Below, one piece after another: positions 57,551-64,000 of a stretch of 64,000 nt of DNA. Source of the stretch: a virus; IMG/VR virus record IMGVR_UViG_3300029985_000017, positions 32,001 to 96,000 of that record; one strand, written 5' to 3'. The notes beneath the pieces were generated by a model. The model saw only the letters and a list, made by a program, of their open reading frames with translations, was not told the DNA's origin and did no database searches. Numbering within the stretch: position 1 is the first letter of the stretch; each line of letters starts with the position of its first letter. The position numbers and the translations under genes were made by a program.

Positions 57551-59716
57551 CTATGAAGCTACATAGTAAATATTGACATAGGTATATATAGGTGTAGTGC
57601 CGCCATTGAAAACTGCGGCATTTGCCGGACGTAAATCGACGTAGTCTCCAGAATTTAGAGAAATAAGCAAGTTTCCAGATACGTTGTAATCTTCTGCGCC
57701 CGCGTTACCATACACACCACCGATGCTGAAAGTTTGAGTTCCATTTTTGTATAGATTAAACGAGCCACCCGCATTAGTGGTATCCCAAGAGGCATTAAAT
57801 CCCACAAAATAGACACCGGTACTTGGAGCAGTAAATTTCCATGATGTTCCAGTAGTAACCGCATTAGCAGTATCAATTAATTTAGTATCGAAATTCATCT
57901 GAGCATTTGAGCCAGGCGTTAAAGTAGATGGAGAAACGTAGTAAGATGCTACAATAGGTGCGCTAAGTCCCGTTCCGCCATTCGCTACAGCCACAACACC
58001 GGTTACGTTTGTTGCGGTCCCAACCGCACCGTTATTGTAATAGGTCGTAATAATGATAGCGCCTGAACCACCGGCACCACCGTTGCCACCACCAGTACCA
58101 TTAATTCCTGCAGTTCCACCAGCTCCAACAGCATAGCTATAGGTAGACGCAGGGCCTATAATGGTTGCGTAGACATAACCGCCAGCTGCGCCACCATATC
58201 CTGGAAAAGCATTGCTCGCGTTTTCCGAGCCGCCGCCACCACCACCCGAACCAGTATTTGCTACGGCACTACTGCCAGTTGCACCATATCCGCCGCCGCC
58301 AGCACCACCAAAAGGTGATGAGCCGCCGACTCCTCCGTACCCATTTTGATTGGCGTTACCGGAGGCTCCGCTGCCCGTAGAGCCCGTGAGTGCGATACCG
58401 GTAGGGCCTGAGCCTAGAGATGCAGTGCCTCCTGAAGCTGGGCTTGTGGATGAACCAGTAGAGGGTCCACCACCGCCACCATTAGCAACTAATAGTGAAG
58501 TTCCGAAAGTTGTGTTACCACCAGCACCACCAGCACTACCATATCCGGATGTTAACCCGCCGCCGCCGCCTCCACCACCGCCACCGACCATCTGTACGGT
58601 AATATAGCTTGCGTTTGCAGGAGTAGTAAATGTTCCACTGCCTGAAGTAAGGGTCGTAATAGTTGGAGTATATGCCCCACCATTACCGGCAGCTGCACCT
58701 TGACCGTTGTAATAGTATTCTGTAACGATGATAGCACCTGAACCACCAGCGCCCCCGGCAAGTCCTGACGTGCCTGCAGAACCTGCAGTTCCTGCAGCCC
58801 CTACAGCATAAGCATAAGTAGCCAAAGGATTTGTAATAATGGCTTTTACGTAACCGCTAGCTCCACCACCAGCACCACTGGTAGCTGAAGTTATTGATCC
58901 TAAACCACCACCACCACCGCCTGCGCCTGTATTTGAAGCAGCTGCGTATCCAGGTTCAGAATTAGATCCGCCGCCGCCAGCGCCACCAAATGGATTGCTT
59001 CCGCCGCCACCACCTAGTACATATGGGCTACTTGCAGCGCCAGTATATGCCCCGCCATTACCAGTTCCTCCAGTGAGAGCTATTCCTGTTGGTCCCGATC
59101 CGAGAGAAGCGGTGCCGCCAGCTCCACCAGCAGTTTGAAGTCCAGGAGCCCCAGTTGCCCCATTACCACCATTAGCAACTAATAGTGAAGTACCAAATGT
59201 AGAGTTTCCGCCGTTTCCGCCAGCACTACCGCCATTAACTCCGGAGCCACCGCCGCCGCCACCGCCGCCAACCATTTCAACTTGAATAAATGCGACGTTT
59301 GCAGGAGCAGTATAAGTTCCAGAACCAGAAAGGAATTTTTGAACGGTAGGGCCAGGAGCGCCTGTACCAGTTCCAGCAGCTGATAGAACTGCCCACGTAC
59401 CAGCAGAAGTTCCGTTTGTTTGAAGGACTACAGTAATAGAAGTAAGGGAGGCAAGGTTAGCATAGTTATGGCCAGATGCGTCGGTAAAAGCTGCGCCACC
59501 ATTGAATTCTAGTGCGATAATGCCGGTAGATTGATTAAAAATTTCAAATTGTTGCCCAATAACCATTGTAGTGGCGTTAGGTAAAACCACCGTCTGGGTA
59601 GTAGAGCCAGTAAAGATCTGGATAGTCTTACTAGTATTTATTAATGTTGTGGTTGTTGCTGCAGTTGCAGTAACCGCCACTTGAGAAATTTGCATGCCAA
59701 ATTGAAAGCAACCCAT
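57551..59716 (-). CDS. tail fibre/receptor-binding protein with two Gly-rich domains and C-terminal C1q-like domain
   Basis: Duplicated SGSGT.T.PAN...VGGGGGGGG units; C-terminal FTAPSTGVYF...LNSGDYV. Confidence 0.8.
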   Translation of the reverse strand: MGCFQFGMQISQVAVTATAATTTTLINTSKTIQIFTGSTTQTVVLPNATTMVIGQQFEIFNQSTGIIALEFNGGAAFTDASGHNYANLASLTSITVVLQTNGTSAGTWAVLSAAGTGTGAPGPTVQKFLSGSGTYTAPANVAFIQVEMVGGGGGGGGSGVNGGSAGGNGGNSTFGTSLLVANGGNGATGAPGLQTAGGAGGTASLGSGPTGIALTGGTGNGGAYTGAASSPYVLGGGGGSNPFGGAGGGGSNSEPGYAAASNTGAGGGGGGLGSITSATSGAGGGASGYVKAIITNPLATYAYAVGAAGTAGSAGTSGLAGGAGGSGAIIVTEYYYNGQGAAAGNGGAYTPTITTLTSGSGTFTTPANASYITVQMVGGGGGGGGGGLTSGYGSAGGAGGNTTFGTSLLVANGGGGGPSTGSSTSPASGGTASLGSGPTGIALTGSTGSGASGNANQNGYGGVGGSSPFGGAGGGGYGATGSSAVANTGSGGGGGGSENASNAFPGYGGAAGGYVYATIIGPASTYSYAVGAGGTAGINGTGGGNGGAGGSGAIIITTYYNNGAVGTATNVTGVVAVANGGTGLSAPIVASYYVSPSTLTPGSNAQMNFDTKLIDTANAVTTGTSWKFTAPSTGVYFVGFNASWDTTNAGGSFNLYKNGTQTFSIGGVYGNAGAEDYNVSGNLLISLNSGDYVDLRPANAAVFNGGTTPIYTYVNIYYVAS
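58476..59191 (-). repeat. internal duplication (690-nt offset) of the Gly-rich domain
   Basis: Identical 26-mer CCACCATTAGCAACTAATAGTGAAGT at 58476 and 59166; FGTSLLVANGG and GGTASLGSGPTGIALTG each occur twice. Confidence 0.85.
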
Positions 59717-59729
59717 AAAACCCCTTTAA

Positions 59730-60437
59730 TTACAGATACTTAAATCTGAAACCCTTCATTTGTTTATATATACCGCTAGCAACCTGAGCAACTCCAGATT
59801 TGCTAATAGAAAGCTCTTTAGCTGCGTGTACTGCAGAATCATAGATTATGCCATTATCAAGACAAATAACTTTTTTACTTGCATTATTGTTATTTAAGCC
59901 CTTACCTTTTTTAGATTCAGATATTTTCTTGCAAGTTTCTTGAGAAAAAGTTTTGCCTCTATTGAAAGAAGGTTTACCAAATCTATGGTTCTTTTCTCCT
60001 ATTTGGGCTTCAGACATCTTTTTTCTAGTTTCTTCAGAACGTTTGATACCCTTATTGGCCAATATTCCCATTTCCCTACATTTTTCTGGCATGGGTTTAC
60101 CTTTTTTGGCATCTGACATTTTCTTCTTAGAAAATTCATTGAGAACGCTATTATGCCCACCTGTCATCATATTGTAGCCATTTGGCCATAGACTGTTAAG
60201 TTCTCTAATATATTGCTCTTCTTTTTTGTTAAGTTCTTCTATAGAAGAAGCAGAATCAATCACAGCAAATTCAAAATTCTCAAATCCATATTTATTTATG
60301 GCATTATACAATGGCAAATTACGTGTTCTTTTAGAGGCACAATACTTATGTTCCTTAATACGTTCAGAAAAACCTCTTATGGTTTGGCCCACGTATTCCT
60401 TTCCATTAATAATGTTAGTTGCCTTATAAATAACCAT
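59730..60437 (-). CDS. GIY-YIG homing endonuclease with NUMOD-type repeats
   Basis: VIYKATNIINGKEYVGQT, R..EH, GYN, SEETRKKMSEA repeats, C-terminal YDSAVHAAKEL. Confidence 0.9.
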   Translation of the reverse strand: MVIYKATNIINGKEYVGQTIRGFSERIKEHKYCASKRTRNLPLYNAINKYGFENFEFAVIDSASSIEELNKKEEQYIRELNSLWPNGYNMMTGGHNSVLNEFSKKKMSDAKKGKPMPEKCREMGILANKGIKRSEETRKKMSEAQIGEKNHRFGKPSFNRGKTFSQETCKKISESKKGKGLNNNNASKKVICLDNGIIYDSAVHAAKELSISKSGVAQVASGIYKQMKGFRFKYL

Positions 60438-60462
60438 TCTTACTTAACCTATATCATAAAGA

Positions 60463-61524
60463 TTACTGGTATGCCGCCACAGACCAGGCTAATCTATAAT
60501 TACTTGTTTCTAAAGGCATATTCCATGTAGCGGTAAATGTGCCATTTGTTTTTGCGGTTATAGAAATTGGTTGAAACATAGGTAAGCTATCAACTGTATT
60601 GACTAACTCTGCCAAAACTACATATAAACTGCTAGAAAATGCGATAGGAAAGGTAACCGTAGCAGAAGTATCTCCCATATTAAGAAGACTTTCTCCAACC
60701 ATTTCACCAGAAACACCGGGTCCAATCATGTAATCGAGCGAATAATTAGAAGAATCAAGAGGCATATTCCAAGTAAGGGTGCAACCAGTAGTCGTTTTAT
60801 TTGTAATAGTAATAGGTTGAAATTCTGGATCTGGATCAATAGTATTGACTAATTGCCCTAATATCACATAGTTAGCACTACTTTGTGGCGTAGGAAATGT
60901 TACTGTAACGCTGGTAGTGCCAATAGTAAGGGCTACTTCTTGTGCTACCCCTCCACCAGATCCGCCGCCACCACCTGAGCCTTCGAATTGATAAATATTT
61001 TGCTGAGTAATATTTTGGATAACTCCACCAATATTTTGCAAGGTAACATATCCAAAAGGCTGAGTTGCTGCATGTGGCTGTGGTACTAAGGCATTGGCTA
61101 AAACCGCATTAGGGGTTCCTACAGTGACATTTAGGTCATTAGACTCATCTATGGCTAATAGTACCTGTACGTAGTCTCCTGAAGGCAATGTGAGAGGGAA
61201 AGACCCACCTGTAGAGGTAGTTATATTGCCTCCAGAGGTAGAAGGGAAGGTTACGGTCCCACCAGAAAATATAGGAAGAGCCGTTCCAAGAAAAGAGGTT
61301 GATTTATTGCGACCAGATACAGAATTAGGTACTACACTAGGTCCGATATCGATTGTAAGAGATGGAGTTGAAGTAGCATCAATTTGAAAAGGAGGGGTAA
61401 GATCTGAGTTAATAGAGGCCATTAATACGTCAAGAGTTTGAGAACCTACCCAAGGGAATAGCTCTTGTAGAATTGCGCGATTAACTACCTGCCTATCGTC
61501 TAATGGTCTATAATCAATACTCAT
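60463..61524 (-). CDS. tail/baseplate-associated protein with two C-terminal H-type-lectin-like repeats
   Basis: TVTFP....NYVIL..LVNT....FQPI.IT.KT..GT..TWNMPL occurs twice. Confidence 0.65.
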   Translation of the reverse strand: MSIDYRPLDDRQVVNRAILQELFPWVGSQTLDVLMASINSDLTPPFQIDATSTPSLTIDIGPSVVPNSVSGRNKSTSFLGTALPIFSGGTVTFPSTSGGNITTSTGGSFPLTLPSGDYVQVLLAIDESNDLNVTVGTPNAVLANALVPQPHAATQPFGYVTLQNIGGVIQNITQQNIYQFEGSGGGGGSGGGVAQEVALTIGTTSVTVTFPTPQSSANYVILGQLVNTIDPDPEFQPITITNKTTTGCTLTWNMPLDSSNYSLDYMIGPGVSGEMVGESLLNMGDTSATVTFPIAFSSSLYVVLAELVNTVDSLPMFQPISITAKTNGTFTATWNMPLETSNYRLAWSVAAYQ

Positions 61525-61539
61525 ATATCTCTTATATCA

Positions 61540-63999
61540 TTAGTTATTAGTGATTGCATGCCACATAATTGCATAATTAGCAGTTGCTGTTGGGAAATTC
61601 CATGTAAACGTAGCGCCAGTTGTAGATTGCGCGGTAATCACAATAGGCTGAAATTCTGGATTGGTGTCCGTAGTATTAAACATAGTTCCGGTAAGTGCAT
61701 AGCTAGTATTAGCAAAAGCAGTGCTATATGTAATAGAAATGCTAGTAGCAGCAGAACCAATGGTTACTTTTCCGGCATAATAAATCAATGAAGATCCGCC
61801 AGCAGCCTGCCAAGTAGGTAACGCGCTAGCGCCATTAGAGGTGAGAACTTGGCCTGAAGTACCTACACCAGAAACTTGCTGCAATGCGCCAGTAGAGGTA
61901 GTTCCGCCAGTCAAAACTGCATAGGCTGTTGTAGAAGAAAGTCCGGTACCGCCATCATCAACAGGCAATGCGCCTTGAACAACTGAATATGCGTAATCCC
62001 AAGCGGCTGCCGTAGTTAAACTTGTAGATATAACGGTTACCAATAACTGTGTATTGGCTTCCATGGCTTTAATGGTATTTGCACCTGACGATTGTACGGT
62101 TACTGTTCCAGTGGATCTATTCTGAATAAGGAATTGTTGACCCAATACTAGAGTACTGGTAACAGGAAGTACAACAGTTTGTGTACTGGTACCAGTAAAA
62201 TATTGTTCATATGTGGATCCAACTACTAGAGTTGTGGTTCCGGCTGCAGTTACAGTCGTTGTGTATCCCTCAATATGATTATTTGCTGATAGATTTTTAT
62301 TAGCATCCCATCCAGCCCAAGCCGAGGCAGCTGGGATAGTTACTACAGTAGCGCTACCAGTACCACCACCAGCCACTGGAAGAATTTGGAAACTAGGATC
62401 GCTACTTAATCCATTACTAACTAGAGGATAGCTAACAGTACCTGGACCAACTTCAGCGATACTTCCGCCTTCACCCACTAATACCGCATGGGCGGTAAGA
62501 GTATTCGATCCCGTACCACCGTTACCAACTGGGAGAATACCAGTAATAGCGGCGTTTTGAGCAAGATTTACTTGTCCGTACCCAGGAGTGGTAGCGCCCA
62601 TTACTAGAACTTGGTACTGAGATCCGGCAGCTAGCGTAGAAGGAGCAGTTCCGGCACCACCACCAATAATTAGTTGGCTGGCAGTAAGTAGAGCGCTGCT
62701 AGATAGTGCTGAAGTAGAGCTAAAATATGGAATACCACCGCTAGTTCCGGTAGTGGTTAGTCCAAGAGTCCCAGAAGAAGTAACTGGAGAACCAGTAACA
62801 CCAAAAATGCTGGTTGCTGGAACGCTAAGAGCTACAGAAGTCACTGTTCCGCTAGTAGCAGGTGCTGCCCATACTGGTACGCCTCCTGAAACTGTTAGTA
62901 CATTGCCAGTAGAGCCAATAGCCAATCTAGAAGCAACGCCAGTTGCGGATTCATAGATTGTATCGCCAGTAGTGGTCATTGGATTTAGAGCATTAAATGC
63001 AGAAGAAGCATTATTTTGGCCAGTACCGCCATGAGCAATGGCTATAGCTGTTCCAGCCCATGCACCAGAGGTAATAGAACCTACGGTAGTGAGGCTAGAA
63101 GCAGTCGTAAGACCAGAAAGAGTAGTTAGGGTGCTATTGGTCGTGGCTGTCAAAGAAGCAGATGCTGATCCTGGACCAGAGGCCGTTACGTCTCCGGTTA
63201 GGGCAGTAATATAGTTGCCAGATGCTTGCTTGCCGTTAAAAGTATTCCAATCCGTTGAACTCAAATAGCCATTAGTGGAGGTATTTGCTTGAGAAATACT
63301 TACCGTACTTCCAGTCAAAGAAAGTGGTGAATTAAATGTATATGCGGTAGGACCAGCAAATTCTGTAAATGTTGCTGATGGAACGGCTGCATTGGCTACA
63401 AATGAACTATCTTTATATATAGTGCCATTGGTAATTAACCATGCATCGCCAATAGCATTTGGCAATCCATTCGATGTTAGTGTATAAGAACTTCCAATAC
63501 CGCTTGCAACATACTCTCCATTTTGTGAGGCTGTCGTCTGATTACCAAGAATTACTAAATCGCCATTCTGTACAGAGTATCCATCGACAGTTAGAGTCGC
63601 TCCACCAGTTAAAGCAACATTGCTGGCAGCATATGCTTGAGCAGGACCCTTCCAGGTCAAGCCATTGATGGCGGCATCAACATATCCTTTTGTAGCGGCA
63701 TCGGTACTTAAAGTTGGTGTTGCCAATGCATTAATTTGATTTGATCCCATGTTGATGGCGCCAGACATGGTGCCACCAGCTAATGGAAGATAAATGGATG
63801 ACAAACTTGGAATATCAGCTGAAACCAAGCTTCTAAAGGTAGGTTGTGCAGCAGAACCAGTAGTTGGGCCAGCAAATACTTTATTCGCAGACTGTGTTTC
63901 AAGAGAAAATGTAAGAGTTCCACTGCTAGTTACAGGTGACCCAGAAATACTATAAATTGGAGTAGAACTTCCATCTGATAGCGCAACAGAAGTTACGCC
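61540..63999 (-). CDS. long tail fibre protein (5'-truncated by window end)
   Basis: Frame open to window end; YLPLAGGTMSG, DAATKGYVD and repeated V..GGTG fibre motifs. Confidence 0.85.
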   Translation of the reverse strand, partial: GVTSVALSDGSSTPIYSISGSPVTSSGTLTFSLETQSANKVFAGPTTGSAAQPTFRSLVSADIPSLSSIYLPLAGGTMSGAINMGSNQINALATPTLSTDAATKGYVDAAINGLTWKGPAQAYAASNVALTGGATLTVDGYSVQNGDLVILGNQTTASQNGEYVASGIGSSYTLTSNGLPNAIGDAWLITNGTIYKDSSFVANAAVPSATFTEFAGPTAYTFNSPLSLTGSTVSISQANTSTNGYLSSTDWNTFNGKQASGNYITALTGDVTASGPGSASASLTATTNSTLTTLSGLTTASSLTTVGSITSGAWAGTAIAIAHGGTGQNNASSAFNALNPMTTTGDTIYESATGVASRLAIGSTGNVLTVSGGVPVWAAPATSGTVTSVALSVPATSIFGVTGSPVTSSGTLGLTTTGTSGGIPYFSSTSALSSSALLTASQLIIGGGAGTAPSTLAAGSQYQVLVMGATTPGYGQVNLAQNAAITGILPVGNGGTGSNTLTAHAVLVGEGGSIAEVGPGTVSYPLVSNGLSSDPSFQILPVAGGGTGSATVVTIPAASAWAGWDANKNLSANNHIEGYTTTVTAAGTTTLVVGSTYEQYFTGTSTQTVVLPVTSTLVLGQQFLIQNRSTGTVTVQSSGANTIKAMEANTQLLVTVISTSLTTAAAWDYAYSVVQGALPVDDGGTGLSSTTAYAVLTGGTTSTGALQQVSGVGTSGQVLTSNGASALPTWQAAGGSSLIYYAGKVTIGSAATSISITYSTAFANTSYALTGTMFNTTDTNPEFQPIVITAQSTTGATFTWNFPTATANYAIMWHAITNN

Positions 64000-64000
64000 A

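Noticed and set aside
59730-60437. Group I intron housing the GIY-YIG gene
   Set aside because: Only 25 and 13 nt flank the ORF, leaving no room for an intron core, and both neighbours have their own start and stop
2913-63668. Numerous antisense or nested ORFs in the track (e.g. 3127-3618, 20986-21441, 35485-35904, 48502-48903, 53366-53876)
   Set aside because: Shadow ORFs overlapping well-supported genes, with no SD, promoter or recognisable motifs
57551-63999. Diversity-generating retroelement or invertible tail-fibre cassette
   Set aside because: No reverse transcriptase or invertase in the window, and the repeats differ at synonymous sites rather than only at adenines
1-64000. CRISPR array or cas operon associated with the Cas10-like mCpol domain
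   Set aside because: No regularly spaced 25-45 nt repeats and no cas genes seen; mCpol stands alone
1-64000. Alternative genetic code (stop-codon reassignment)
   Set aside because: Code 11 gives full-length, tightly coupled genes, and TAA, TAG and TGA all act as stops
1-64000. Host assignment
   Set aside because: Sigma70-like promoters and exported proteins do not identify a host; this needs spacer matches or phylogeny

Overview
A 64-kb, gene-dense, AT-rich segment of a large (jumbo-type) myovirus genome in the standard genetic code. No CRISPR array, tRNA or rRNA is visible. (i) 1-20.2 kb (+): head/neck proteins, tail sheath and tube, terminase large subunit, portal and an SPP1-gp7-like protein. 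(ii) 20.2-27.1 kb (mostly -): small accessory genes, an M15 lysin, the prohead protease, a homing endonuclease and GroEL. (iii) 27.1-57.5 kb (+): a replication, recombination and transcription block (SF2 helicase, one clear and one possible sigma factor, SbcCD, RuvC, RNase H, DEDDh exonuclease, DnaE, gp32-like SSB, RecA, DnaB, primase, CYTH, PLP aminotransferase, exported ClpP and subtilase). (iv) 57.5-64 kb (-): tail fibres and a GIY-YIG endonuclease. The best candidate for an undescribed system is 4670-6597, a protein in the virion gene cluster. Its N-terminus looks like an mCpol (minimal CRISPR polymerase, Panoptes OptS-like) cyclic-nucleotide synthase. Its 3' end carries a complete dnaX-style -1 frameshift signal (internal SD, A_AAA_AAG, 3' hairpin) that adds a 74-aa basic tail. 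Also notable: head proteins built from shared peptide cassettes bounded by a recurring hydrophobic-x-K-[S/A/G]-E putative protease site; three promoter classes with many leaderless genes; and a candidate structured RNA after the SSB gene. All family assignments come from motif recognition by eye, not database searches.
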